Below, piece by piece: positions 1 to 13,046 of a stretch of 64,000 bases of DNA. The translations under genes and the position numbers were made by a program. The notes beneath the pieces are model-generated. The model made no database searches, was not told the DNA's origin, and was given only the letters and a program-made list of their open reading frames with translations. The stretch is from Fistulifera solaris (taxonomy: Eukaryota): assembly GCA_030295235.1 (NCBI GenBank), contig AP026153.1, positions 248,001 through 312,000 of the forward strand, given 5' to 3'. The first letter of the stretch is position 1. Each line of letters starts with the position of its first letter.

Positions 1-1185
1 CTTTGTGGTCTTCCATGGCTTTAAAAATACCCTGGAAGTGAGCAAACCATTCCAAACACCGATAAGAATCGCTCAAATCCAAGCACTTCAGCTTGTGATT
101 GGCAGTAATGGCTGTGATCAGTGCTTCCGCAACATGTGAAGTATCATCGTGTATAATACATCCAAGATAGCCCTCGTTAACGGAAATACGCAATCTTTCA
201 AAGTGGCCCAACTCCGCTAATCGATGAAAAAAGCAAACAAGATGCTCATCCCATTCAAATGTCATACCCAGATTGAATTTCAAAAACAAATCTTCTGCTA
301 TGATGTCCAAGGATTCGAAATCGCTTGCTTCTAAAGACGTCAATTCGATTTCATAGACAAGAGCGTTTGATTTCACGGAAAACGGCAAAAGGCACATTCA
401 CTTTCCAACATGCCTATCTCGAGCTTCTCGAATGCAAGATTGAGCTTAAGAAAACGCTGAACATTCTCGCGACTCAAAGGTACATGTTCTGCGTCGCAAA
501 ATGTCATGCTGAACATGCCGAAGGAATATTGCTGTCTTGTCTCCAAAGCGTTGACGAAAGCCGTCCCGTTGTCCTCAAAACTCACCCATACGAGCTTTAC
601 ATTTAATGGGAAAGAACGCGTCGCCAAGATGACCGATTGCTCTGCACTCCAAGTGCCTTCTTCGAATTCGAAATGCATATCCGGATTGGCGTCGAAGATG
701 CGAGCCAGCTGCTCGGGTTGGATGGTAGGGAGGCTCGGCATTCTTAGACGACCTTCTTCGCATTCGCCCTGCTTCAACGACCAGAAAAATGTGGCCGTTT
801 CAACAATTGTAGCATCTGTTTTGCCATAAATCTCAAGGTCTACTCCGTCGTATCTGCCGGCTTCATAGTCTTTATAGAGTGTAAAAGATATGTTTTGTTC
901 TCGAAAACCACTTGGCCGCCAACAATCATGATTCACAATGCAAAGAAGTGTTCTGTTTTCGCGCCAAATTGCCAAGTCGTGGTCGAAAAATGCGCCGTCA
1001 TGAAATATTTCGCCCCAAAAAGTCGGATCTCGTCGCATTCGGTACAGCGGCATTCTCGTTTCGTTCGACGGTCGGAATGCCTTTTGTTCCTCTGACAGTT
1101 GATCCACCGGAATCAATTCCAGTAAAGAATGACACTTCCCATCTGGTTGCGCCATTCTCATCAGATATTGTCCAGGGATGCTCAA
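1..1185 (-). CDS. RNI/LRR-like hypothetical protein of an expanded diatom family (3' end runs off window; frameshift ~390)
   Basis: ORF 373..1185 continues after a 1-nt indel near 390 as LPFSVKSNALVYEIE...RLAELGHFERL...ALITAITANHKLKCLDLS...IFKAMEDHK to the window edge. Collinear motifs are shared with the paralog at 54215..55731. Confidence 0.75.
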
Positions 1186-1588
1186 AGAGGCTTTCTAGCT
1201 TTTGAAGGTGCGAGCCCATTTGATTTTCTGTTTTCTGCGGTGCTTTTATTGTATGTTTACTAGCGTACTAAGGTCAACGTTAAAAAGGTCCTCGAGGAGA
1301 GATGTCCGTCCGGTATGGGACCTAGCATTAATTCCTTGCAACGTATTGGTTTTATCTACAAATTGTCATGTGCTACATACACTCACGGCTCAAGATAATT
1401 GCGAATAAACCTCCATACAAACATACCGTAATAGAGATAACGTATAGATTGCGTATAGTCAATTCAGACAATGTTGTGGCAGCACATAGCTAGCGCCAGA
1501 GGTGCATCCTGTGGATGCGCGTTAACAAGTTTTCCTCCTTCTCTTTCAAAAAAGCAAATATTGTAATATGGGGTATTGATCAATACGA

Positions 1589-2923
1589 CTATTCTTTCTC
1601 TTTCTTGTCGAGAATCACTTGGCCCGCTGCGATTCGAAAGGCCTTGCTATCGCCCGGCCGACGCGTCACTTTTCGCGATCGACGATCCAATTCTTCTACG
1701 GCCTGATCTAACGTTACACCTGCCTTGGCGGCTCGTGTCATGGCAAAGTACAAGACATCGGCTAATTCTTCCGCTACATGCTGAGATGTATCGGCTTCTG
1801 CCAATTCTTGCGCTTCTTCCACCAATTTGTCGCGCAGTAACTGCTCATCTTCAAACAATCGCTTCGTGTAGGATCCTTCCGGCGCCGAATGCATCCGTTC
1901 TTGCAGGGTCTCTTCGAGATGCCGCAGTCCTCGCGAAACACCCCAGCATGTGTACGTTTTCGAGGTGACAAAACGCGGGCGGTTTTGTGGTTTCACTCGT
2001 ATTTTGAGTCACGGTAAATCGCAAAGCATCTCCATCGCAATCGATATCGAGACGGTGCAAAGTTTGAAAATGACCCGAAGTATCCCCTTTCCGCCACAAG
2101 CCTTGTCGACTGCGTGAATAGTAGACCCCTCGACCACATTCGAGTGCGGCGATGATGGAATCGGTATTCGAGTACACCAATCCCAGGGCAATGCCTTGAC
2201 GGGAGCATACAACGGTAGTAAAGAGACCGTCGGGTCGGTCGGAACGAATGCACGATGCATAGCAGCGTCCTAACAAGGAGGGAGTTGGATCGATCAGAGC
2301 GACGGTGACGGAACTGTGTTTCAGTGAGTTGATGTGTTGCACGAGTTTAAGGACATCGTCTTCCTCCCATTGTGATGGATCGACATGCAACGATAAAAAC
2401 ATATCCTTGTGGTGTTCCGCCAGAGCCATTACATCATTGACATCTGAATTCACCGAGACACTATATCTCGTACACAATTCTTTCATTTCTTCCGTCACGA
2501 TCGGAACCGTCTCCGCGTGCAACATCAGTCGTTCCGACGGCAATCGCGCAGCATCCAAAGCTTCTACGGTATCCACTACTATTGTTTGACAACCGGCATC
2601 GAGAAAACAACTCGCGAGGCATCCATTCGATCGTAGGACATCTTCCGCGGGCAAAACAACCTCCACATCGACAACGGAAACATCCAATTGTAATGTTGTT
2701 TGCAAAAGGACTGTGTGAAAGCTACAGATTGCTTCATATATTTCTTCTGCAACTTTTTGTCATCTACTTCGTTCGCTTGTTGGATCGTCAAGTTCCGAAT
2801 GGAGGTATACGTCTCCTCGTACGACGCTGGCTGAATACGACAACGACCGACGGCCGCCAAGCCGAGCCGTTGCTCTGAAACAGGTGTATCCTTGACAAAG
2901 GAAGGATAAGGAAGGCAATTCAT
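1589..2923 (-). CDS. hisIE: Bifunctional phosphoribosyl-AMP cyclohydrolase / phosphoribosyl-ATP pyrophosphohydrolase with N-terminal extension (frameshifts ~2705, ~1960)
   Basis: HisI motifs ALGLVYSN, GVYYSRSRQGLWRKGDTSG, DCDGDAL, FCHL; HisE motifs GSYTKRL, KLVEEAQEL, ELADVLYF. Three overlapping ORFs join at homopolymer runs. Confidence 0.9.
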
Positions 2924-3281
2924 GCTCGTAATGCTGTACTGAAGAAAATGGGCGAGAAGTGTTTTGAATCATTGTCATCCATCGTCGCGACGACGTGCGA
3001 TGAATAAGGTTGCATTAATTTTTGGACGGATGAGGGATAAGGATGTTTTGAGACGGAACATGGACGGACGGTGAGCTTATCATTAAGTACCGGTTAGAAG
3101 TATGCTACACGATAAAGTAGGCGAGATTTGTTTTACCGCATTACTAAAATGATGCTCCCACCGTTCGCGAACGAACAACAACAACAGTAACTCCAACAAA
3201 ACGAGACGGCAGTAGAGCATCTTTCTTTTGTTGAATTCCTCTTTTTCTTTTCTTATATTTGACAACAAACAAACAACAAAT

Positions 3282-3671
3282 ATGCCTTTCCAACGTTTTA
3301 TGGAAGTCGGTCGCATTGTGCTGATCAACTACGGTCCCGAGGCGGGCAAGTTGGCCACCGTAATTGATGTCGTGGATCAGAACAAGTGTTTGATTGACGG
3401 TCCCCAAACGGGCCGACAAGTGATTTCCTTCACTCGCATTGCCTTGACCGACTTGACGGTTAAAATTCAACGAAATGCTCGCCCCAAGACCTTGGCCAAG
3501 GCCTGGGAAGAAGCCGGTACTTTGGCAGCGTGGGAGAAGAGTTCGTGGGCGAAAAAGTTGATTGCCAAGAAGAAACGAGCATCTTTGAATGATTTCGATC
3601 GATTCAAAGTTATGGTGGCCCGAAAGCAGAAGCGTGAAATTATTGAAAAGAAAATGAAGGAACTGGCTTGA
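3282..3671 (+). CDS. RPL14: 60S ribosomal protein L14 (eL14)
   Basis: MPFQRFMEVGRIVLINYGP...IDVVDQNKCLIDGP...LNDFDRFKVM matches the eL14 pattern; ATG at 3282. Confidence 0.97.
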   Translation: MPFQRFMEVGRIVLINYGPEAGKLATVIDVVDQNKCLIDGPQTGRQVISFTRIALTDLTVKIQRNARPKTLAKAWEEAGTLAAWEKSSWAKKLIAKKKRASLNDFDRFKVMVARKQKREIIEKKMKELA

Positions 3672-4206
3672 GCAAATCAATCAATAAATAAATAAATTCA
3701 CAAAGAGATGTGCGTGCATATCTTTTTTCCCCCACACATTTCATGTCTATCAATATTGGTTTATTTCGACATCATTTCCTCTCGTCCATCGTGTAGATTC
3801 AGGCAGGGCAACATGCATATTTCCTTTGATCAATATGTGCATCACTCGATTAGCCTGCATTCTGTAATCTCAAGTCTTGTCTTGTATGACGTACAAAGCT
3901 GTAGCGGTTAGAGCATGAGGAGGAGAAGGGGCATCATCATAATTGACTTCTTTCTTGTGATGGAAAGGCTCCTCTTCAGCAAAAATGTTTTGGTTCCTCC
4001 TCTCTAGATGAACGAGTGACTGGGATAACTCGTGATTGCTTCCTCCCTTGAACTTGGTCCTTCGACACTATCTTGACGTCACTTTTTCGTTGCATTCATG
4101 AAATAATCTTTCTCGAAAACACGCCCGTGTCAAAAAGAAAGCCAACATACCTTTCGGAAGTCATTCGTTTTGTATTAGGGTGCAAATAAAGATAACATTA
4201 GCAACA

Positions 4207-5616
4207 ATGTGGAAGCAATATCTAATAATAATAGCATGCATCGCAGTAACAACAACTGCATGGCTCCCTAAGAACCACCGCTCGTCCCCTTCGAGTACAA
4301 CAGCATTGTTGGTTCAAAATATTATCCTCTCCCCCAGTGATGATCCCACAATGTTCGATTCGTACAAAATTGGCAATGCCCGTGTGCATCGGTATGCCCG
4401 GGATACGACCGACAGTGACGCCGAATACGTCATGTGGTATCACGGTCGATCCATCGAAATGCAACAAGATAAAGAAACACGTTTGCCACCCCTCAGTACG
4501 GGACGCATCGGTCGAGCCACCAGTCGGAATGGATTGATTTGGGAAAAGATACCGTCGGGAGTGTTTCGGAAGACATTCCCGGTGTCAGTTTGGGACTCAA
4601 TCAAGATGCCTGGTGGAGTTTTGATGTCGCGCATTGTGGTTTGGGCAATGTCTTGTTGCCCATGAGTACTCCGGCCGTCTTGGCGGAAGGGGGAGTTTAT
4701 TTGATGTATTATCACGGTGGGAATTTTGAAGAAACGCCGCTCGCGGAGTATATGCCCTCCGCCAGCACGGATGCCGTGGTGCAGGGTATGAAAATGAGAA
4801 TTGGTGTCGCCGTATCGCAAGATGGTGTCACCTGGGGTCGTGTGGAAGGAGATGATCCGACTGGAGCCATGGTTGTACCTTTCGATAAAAAAGACCCCAA
4901 TTCGTGGGAGAATGTGGCTGTATCGGATATGCCGGAGGAATTGTATTGTGCGTGGCCGGAAGTAGCCGTTGATTTGAGAAAAGACACGGAGGACGACAAG
5001 AAAGATGACGAGCCGAAGAGTCAAGACAGCTTTCTCATGTATTACAGTACCATGTTAAAAGATACAAAAGAGAAATGCATTGCTTACGCCACTTCAGCCG
5101 ATGGATTTCGGTGGAAAAAACAAGGTATTTGTTTGCGACCGAGTGATCCGGAGGATCAAGCCGGATGTGCCCGGTGTTGTGTGTTTCAAGATGCTTCGTA
5201 CGATGCCGCCACGTCCACATGGACGCCCGAATCCGAATGGAAAATGTTATACGAAGGAGTATCGCCGAACGATGGAAAACATCGTATCCTATGGGCCGTC
5301 TCGCAAGATGCCAAGACGTGGAGCAAAAAAGGTATTGCACTGGATGTAGGGGCAGATGGCACATGGGATTGTGGTGGTGTCGGATCTCCTCATATCATTC
5401 GGTAAGAAATTTGTGGCGTGGTGTGTATGATGTGAAATACTGTCTTCTGACTTTTCATGTTATTTGCATTTTCTAAGAATGGATGATGGCACTGAACGAA
5501 TGTATTACACTGGGCAAGGAGCGGATGGAAGCACCTCGATTGGTGTCGCCAAGCTGTCCACTGAGAACGGAAAACAGATGTGGATCCGAGAACAGGCATC
5601 CTTTTCATTTTCTTGA
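4207..5616 (+). CDS. Five-bladed beta-propeller glycosyl hydrolase-like protein, probably plastid-targeted (frameshift ~4545; intron 5402..5477)
   Basis: Repeated blade motifs MWYHG..IGRATSRNGLIW, MYYHG..IGVAVSQDGVTW, MYYS..IAYATSADGFRW, MLYEG..ILWAVSQDAKTW, MYYTG..IGVA. Signal peptide ends TTA-WLP. The GT-AG intron restores the last blade. Confidence 0.8.
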
Positions 5617-5683
5617 TTACGTCATTTGCAAGCTATAGAAGAAGCAATTACAGTATATCGTCTAAGCCCTCAAGCTATAATTT

Positions 5684-6282
5684 TTAAGGTTCGTACGACC
5701 ACGAGTCGTCATCCTCGACCTTTGTTTCCTTCTTGCTTGAAGGATAAAGCATAATCAGGTGATCTATAGAAGCAGTGTCATCTTCCATGGAATCATCATC
5801 CACTCTGTTGTCGTCGTCATCGTCTACAGAGATTGCGGGTCCGTAATCGTCGGTAAAAATGCCTAATAGGGTCAGCGAATTTAAGACGTTAGATCTATAA
5901 TAAAGTGACGCGACAAGGCTTACAACATGATCTTACCAGTTCGCCTACGTTTCGGGTCTCCCTTGACGCTTTCCGCGAGTCCTCCGGTTGTGCTCGTTTC
6001 CATTTGCTTCACTGGGCCGTCCGAAGTGCTTAAACTCTGCTAATTGTAAATGCAAGTCGTGAGAGCTTCTGCTGAACCAGAACAAACAGCTCGATCAAGA
6101 CAAATACCACTCACCTGGGCCCCCGATCGATCGGGATCATTCGTGCTATTGATCGTTATTTCGAAACGGGATTTTGTTTGACCTTCGCCTTTATTACCAT
6201 TTATTGGAGAAGAGGCGCTTGATCCAACTCTCGATTCTACAAACAAAATGAACGACAAGAACAAAACACCAATAATTTTCAT
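5684..6282 (-). CDS. Small secreted acidic protein, 3 exons (6282-6115, 6036-5937, 5862-5684), ~148 aa
   Basis: Signal peptide MKIIGVLFLSFILFVES. GTGAGT and GTAAGA donors with AG acceptors splice in frame to an Asp-rich last exon ending DDDSWSYEP*. Confidence 0.6.
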
Positions 6283-6547
6283 AGTTCCTTTTTTCGATGT
6301 CGGACGAGTGATCCTTGAAAATATGATAAGAACAGCGTTCGATCGTAGCATTACCCTCTCAAATGCGATTCTCGTTTCTATTTTTCTTAAGTATGAACCT
6401 TTAATCGTGTCACGGCCTTACCGTGGACAACTCATTCCTGAAGCGTTCGTACTCGCATATCAATCTTAGCGCACCTCCGCAAAAAATAGCGTATACCGTT
6501 GTGTTCACTCGACAATGTCGTTTTCAATTTGTGTCAGGTCAACTCGA

Positions 6548-9500
6548 CTACGCGCCAATGCCTTCAAGCTGAATTTGAGCAAACAGCTCCGACGAGTCTT
6601 CGGCTGCTTTTCTATCTTTCACATACCGAAGAATTTCCATAAAATGATCTCGAGCCTCCATGACGCCTAAATCGCCGGACCCCATATTGTTGCTCAAATG
6701 CTCTTTTGATGAGTGCCGCCAAGCCTGAGATGTAAGTCGGCGAGATGGAAGGATTTTTATTTTCAAAAAAGAACACGTAGTGCTCCATGAGCTCCACAAA
6801 TAAGCGCAGATGAGATGGATTGGTGCTTGTGCATGAGTCAGCCAACTTCAGGGAGCGCTGCAAACACTCAAGTGCACGTTGGGGGTTACTGTAGCTTGTC
6901 CTAATCTTTGCAGGAACTGGATAAAATAAATAGGCACACAGCGCCACAACTCGGCATTGATCCTGCTTTTTGAAGAGCTTTGCTGCGAACTGGGCAGTTT
7001 TCGTAATCAGCCCCTCATACTCCTCGGCTGAGAGTGATTCCAACGAAAGCAGGGTACCGATGAAAGTTTCTAGTAGTTTGTGCTGAATTTTCTGATCTTC
7101 TATAGACTCTTCGTAAATTGTGAACGCCTGAACAATATATTCGTACGCAATTGTCGAGTATCCCATAACATCATCATCTGACACCTTCGCGAACGCGTCA
7201 GCGACCAATGAAATTTCCAAATAAAGCTTAAGGGCTTTTTTCACTACTTGACCTCGACAAGGTCATGAGCGTTTCCTGCATAAAGACAAAGAGTTTCCTG
7301 CAACTTAAACAAGGAGTCAGATATCACCCTTGTCAGTATCCCTAAACTTGTATCGGCTTACCTTATCGCCCTTGTTACATCAGCAGACAGATGGTTTTCG
7401 GGAGTATTCGAGTGATCGTCTCCCACGGCACCTGACTTATTGCAGGTAGCATCGTCTTTGTCTAGACTTCCATCTACTGGGGAGCCGCTGGTTACTCCTT
7501 CGGTTCCGCCCTCTTGTAGAACCATTATACCATCACCGCTTGTATCTTCTTCGGCGACGAAGTCAGCATTGTTGGCTTCACTACTGATTTTGTCCTCGGA
7601 GGCGGTGCTCTCCTCTGGCTCGATTTCATTCGCTTCGGTTCCAACGTCATTTTTCGCTTCATCGAGACCGCTTTCTGCAGCAAAAATTCGACGGGCGAGT
7701 TTCAAAGAAGCGAAAACAAGAGACACCAGAGTTTCACTCTGTCTGTAGCTCTCCCCTCCTTCCAGATACTTTCGTGCCACACAAAGTTGCTCGTAAACAT
7801 GATCTGTATTCGGATCACTGATCAAATGTAGCAACTTGCATACAAGAGCGTTTTCCGATTGCACTTGTTTGAGATGCTCAGGCCCAATGGAGGTACCGTG
7901 TACAACAGGAACTGACGGAGTAGCAGAAACACCAAGGTTTGCCATTAAATTTGACGCTCGAGTGATGTCCATTTGATACTGATTTTGTGCCCCAATCGGC
8001 GTTTGAGTCGTTTCGTCCCGAACTAGCGGTGCAATGACCTGGAACAGCTGCTCCAGCTCACTAACACTCTCTGGGGTTGTACCCATGTTGTCGACCGCCT
8101 CGAGCAAAGCTATTGCAACTTGACGGCGATTGGACCAAGGCAGGAATGAAATCAGGTCACCATAGTGCTCAAGTCGCAAACATTTCAGCGCCAGTTTCTC
8201 GAGCGGTATGCTCAACAATTTTTCGAGCTCGGCAACAGATACCTCGTCAAGAGCTTTGACCAAGATCTTATCGTGAGGCATATCAATAACAGTACCCTCT
8301 GTCATTTCGTAGGACGCATTCGCCTGTCGCAAGGCAGCTACACAAGATCCAAGGCATCTAGCTACTTGTTCTGTGTTTTCCGGATAACATCGTACCGAAA
8401 ATGTCAAAAGAGCCGTTTGTAGACGGATCACCTCACGAGCTGTCAATTTTGGTCCTCGAGCATTGTACACATTTTGCACGCATTCTTCAAACATGCCAAA
8501 CGAATCCCGGGCCAGCTCTTTCTTAACCTGGTTGGTATCACTTTCATCTAAAAGCTCCTCGTCCCCAAGATAATTTGCTAAACGGTCCATTAGGCCCTGC
8601 AAGATCGTACGAATATTGACTTTGTCTCGAAGTCTGGGACAAACGCTGAGGAGAATTGGCAACGTCTCGATGTGATATTCATCGGGGAAGGTCTGCACGA
8701 GACAGTCCATGAGATAAGCTTGCGACAACGGATCTCCACAAGTCACAATGTGATCCAAAATTTGATTCAAAATGACTTCGCCGTAAATTTTGGACGTGAC
8801 ATTCTCCAACTGCGAAAGGCGTACCAGATTGGTACCCACCAGAATGCGAAGGTCGTTTCGTTCACGCTCACGACGCTTTCGAACATCTTTGTCGTTGCCC
8901 TCACCCGGAAGATGCTGAATGCGTACCCAGAGTTTATTCATCTCCATGAAGTTTTCCAGCACAAACTCGTACGAGTCCTTTACTGTTCCAGGATCCGTTA
9001 AATCGAGCTGTTCTATTTCTACAGTTTGGACAGACGTACTAGCGTCAGTAGTCTCCTCACCCGAGACTTGTGTGTCAACATCATTGGGGACCGGCTTTCC
9101 GGGCAGCTTGTCACGAAGCGCGGTAAGAAGATAATGTCGAAGAAACAGTCCTCGAATGGGGTTCTGTTCACAGCGAACCGCTTGAATCAAGTCATTCAAG
9201 ACCCACTTGGCTCCGACTTCGCCGCTACGGATCAACGCCGATCCCGCCGCAATTTGTAAATAAATACGCGGCAAAACCCGTGGGCAGTATTGTACGCAGT
9301 CGTACAATTCGCGCAACGTGAACGGTGACTTGCGCTGTAATAAAACCGGTGAAGCGACAATCTGAATTTGACCCGTCGGAACTTCCGCCGGTTGTGCTAG
9401 ATTCAGCAAGTAGTCTTCAAAAGTCGGCATATCCTCCAAAGCACGCATGTAAAGCTCGTAGTAGTTTTTGGGCGTCAATTTGGAGGAAAGACCCGAATTG

Positions 9501-10450
9501 GATGGCCCACTCGAACTACTCGCTGCCGAAGGATTGGAGGCGGAGGGTGATACGGCTGGTTGACCATGCGGTAGCTCTCCTAACTCGCCCACCATATGCG
9601 CAGCACGGTCCAGTGTCACGGGAATATTGTTCTGTTCCATGGCTTGCCGCATATAATAAGCATGCTCCTGGACCTTACGCGTCGCTTCCGTCAGCATGCG
9701 TTGCTGCATCGCTTGATCCTGGGGAGTCGGCATACCGGGTGGCTGCTGCTTCACTCCGACATGGGAGGGTACTTGGGGAGGAATAGCCGGAACAGAACCG
9801 TAGGGACTCGGCATCGGTTGTGGCTGTTGCGGCACCGCCTGTGGTATTGGCTGGGCAGCATAAGGCGGTTGCTGACCAGTGAGGACTGGCGGATTAGGTT
9901 GTCCGTAGGCTGAGCGTTGCGCATACGATGCCTGTTGAGGTGATCCGCCCAAAGAAGAGACTACCGACTGACCACCATGGGGTGTACCGCCATAACCGTA
10001 AACATGACTCGGCATTCCTGCCGCCGAATGAGCTTGAGCCGAACGCGCGGCAAACGATCCGGGTGGCGCCGGATGAGGCGGACGCGTCGGGTACGTGTTC
10101 TGCTGCCGTGGCGGTCCCATGACAGGCTGCTGAGGGCTGATCTGAGGCTGGGGTGATGGCTGGAATAATTGCTGGGGCTGCGGTGGCATATTCGCACTGT
10201 ACGCTTGCGCCGACCGTTCGGCGTAGGACGTTCCTTGCTGCGGAGTGGCAAAACGGGTGATACTGCCTACGTAAGGTTGCTGCTGTGGTTGCTGTTGCGG
10301 TTGCGGAGAATAAAATGCTGAGGGTGGTGAAGTTGCAGCTCCCTGAAATCCCGAACCGGGAGTCCCTCCCATCGTACTCCACCCGTTGTCGTTCGGCGAA
10401 GCGGCGGAGGAAGCGTCACCGCCCATGGAAGCCGCATTCACGGGGTCCAT
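6548..10450 (-). CDS. VPS35: Retromer subunit VPS35 with P/Q-rich N-terminal extension (intron ~7361..7304; frameshifts ~7240, ~6707)
   Basis: LTPKNYYELYM, ELYDCVQY..VLPRIYL, PIRGLFLRHYL, NFMEMNKLWVRIQH, RERERNDLRILVGTNLVRLSQL, FPDEYH, LECLQRSLKLAD. Confidence 0.95.
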
Positions 10451-11111
10451 TTTCTTGCAAACACGGCCTTGAAGTTACGATATAAATTGTCGAACGCGAG
10501 GGTTACTTGTCTACAACGAAACAATCAAAGTTCGTCCAAGTCGTGCGAACACCAGGAATAATGTACTTTTGCAGATGCTTGAAACGACCGCTGCTTTGCG
10601 ATTTCGATTATCTTGAAAAATACACTAATGCTTCCTTTCTGCAGACGAAACAGTTTGGTCAATTAAATAAAGAAGCAACAATCTACGTCCGCAACAATCG
10701 ACGCTGTTTGTGTTTATTGTTTCATCATGGTGTGTCGATCGTTGTCGATCTTTTCGTCACGCTGCGCGGTCTGCCGCGACGGAGAAGATTTCCGACCCAA
10801 ATGTCCGAAGACACTCTCACTGTGACACTTTTTGTCGAGAGTCCTTGTTTGCAAAACACTTGGTCACCGCGCGTTTCCGCGCGCCTACGTCACCAGGACA
10901 ATCGCATTTACTATAACACAAAGTGTTCATTTACTTTTCCACGACTGAATTTCAGTCATGAGTGAGACTCTTTCGAGCGACAATAACGTTCAATGAGTTA
11001 TTGACGACATTAACCTCTAACAACTAACTACTCGAAGGTATCAACACTCTTGCAGTCAACTTACGTCTACTACTTTAGTTTATCTCATTCGATGCAACCG
11101 GAACACCGCTG

Positions 11112-12550
11112 TTACAAGTACATTCCTTCCGGTACATTGCCCTTCTTACGATACAACGCCTTCTCCTTGGCCTTGACAAAATCCTCTTGACACACTTTCA
11201 TCCGACGCTCCCGCAACGCGTGCATACCGGCTTCCGTACAAACGGCTTTGATGTCGGCACCACTTAAATCATCTTTCGCCATGACAAACTTTTTCCAAAT
11301 CCACGTCATCCGACAAGGTCATCCGGGACGTGTGAATGTTGAAAATGTGTCGTTTCGTTTTCGTGTCGGGGAGCGGAAATTCAATCTTTCGATCAATGCG
11401 CCCCGGTCGAATGAGGGCGGGATCCAAACTTTCGATGCGATTGGTGGCCATGATGACCTTGACGTCACCGCGTTCATCGAAACCATCCAACTGATTCAAC
11501 AATTCCAACATGGTGCGCTGAATTTCACGGGTACCTCCGGAACTACTTTCGTAACGCTTCGAACCGACCGCATCGATTTCATCGATAAACACAATGGTCG
11601 GACTCAAATCATCGGCCACACGGAATAATTCTCGCACCAATTTGGGACCATCCCCGAGGTACTTTTGAATTAGTTCGGAACCCACGACACGCAAGAAGGT
11701 GGCGGACGTTTGGTTCGCTACTGCCTTGGCCAGCAATGTCTTTCCCGTCCCCGGTTCACCATACAGAATAACACCCTTGGGTGGTTTAATACCAATATCT
11801 TCATACAATTCGGGATGCGCCAGAGGAAGTTCGACGGCTTCTTTGATTTCTTGAATTTGTGCTTCCAAGCCACCGACATCAGCATAAGTTTCCTCCGGAG
11901 CGTTTTCTACCTTCATAACTGTGGCACACAGAGGGATCAAAAGAATAGAAAATATTGAGTGAAGTACGCACTTTTGCTTATCACAACACATGACACTTAC
12001 CCGACACCATCGGATCCGTATCATCTTGCAAAATCCCCACCACACTCATAGTCTTATTGTGAAACAAAATACTCGATCCTGGTTCCAACAAATCTTGATT
12101 AACCGAACTCAAGATGTTGACATAATACTCGGGCCCGACACTACTACTGATAATAGCATGATTGTCATCAATCAATTCTTCCAACGTCCCCACTCCGAGC
12201 GGCGTTCCCCGCAATTCTTCCAATTTCTCGCGTTCTTCTTGATCGCGTTCTTCGGCCGGTTTAAAAACTTCATGATTGCGAATGAATTCTTCTTCTAGCA
12301 ACAAAAAATCTTTGACGCGATCCAATTTGAGCATCCGCAATTTGCATTTCGAATTGGGAACAATGGTGGGTGTCTTGTTGAGACCCGTGGGTCCTTTCCG
12401 ACGTCGACGACGTCCTTGTCGTGCCGTTGGACGTGGTTCGAATCGTTTCTTCTTTTTATTATTGGCACCTTTGTCGTCTTTGTTATTATTGTTTTCGTTG
12501 TTGGAATTGTTTCCGGCGTCTCCGCCCATGCCCGGTGGCATATTTCCCAT
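11112..12550 (-). CDS. RPT2: 26S proteasome AAA-ATPase subunit Rpt2/S4 (intron 12000..11919; frameshift ~11292)
   Basis: GPEYYV, Walker A GEPGTGKT, Walker [24 protein letters not shown]-terminal HbYX EGMYL, N-terminal MG. Confidence 0.97.
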
Positions 12551-13046
12551 GATGAATTGTGTGTTGTTTTTATCAAAACCAAAGGACTAGTGCACAATGT
12601 AGCTTCAACTATTATTTTTATATGAATAGGAAGCAATAGGAATGAAATGAATTCAAGAATTGACTGTTGTTATTACGGAGTATTTGTCGTTTTGTTGCGC
12701 CGTCAACAAGGAGCCGTGAAAAAAAGAAACGCGATGATTTTGAACGAACTGCATGCGTGACTAAACATTTAATCCCGTTATGTCTGACATTAGTCGGTCC
12801 GTCGAAACGTCACTCACGGATCGACACGAAGACGTGCTCACGGCGTTCCACCTAGCAACAAAATAGTGAAGTGTCGCGTTGCTTCATGGTGTTGCGTCGC
12901 TTATCACGTTCTCTCTTTCCTTGACCCATTCAACTTTGGCAGTTGTTGCTGTAATACTCCTCGTTGTCGGTGAAACCCGCCTTTTCTTTCTTTCGATTGT
13001 GCCGACTGGAATTAATCAATATTCATTATCAATCAACCAACTCATC

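Noticed and set aside
10507..10965. 152-aa ORF upstream of VPS35
   Set aside because: Non-ATG start, no motifs, and it lies in a promoter region.
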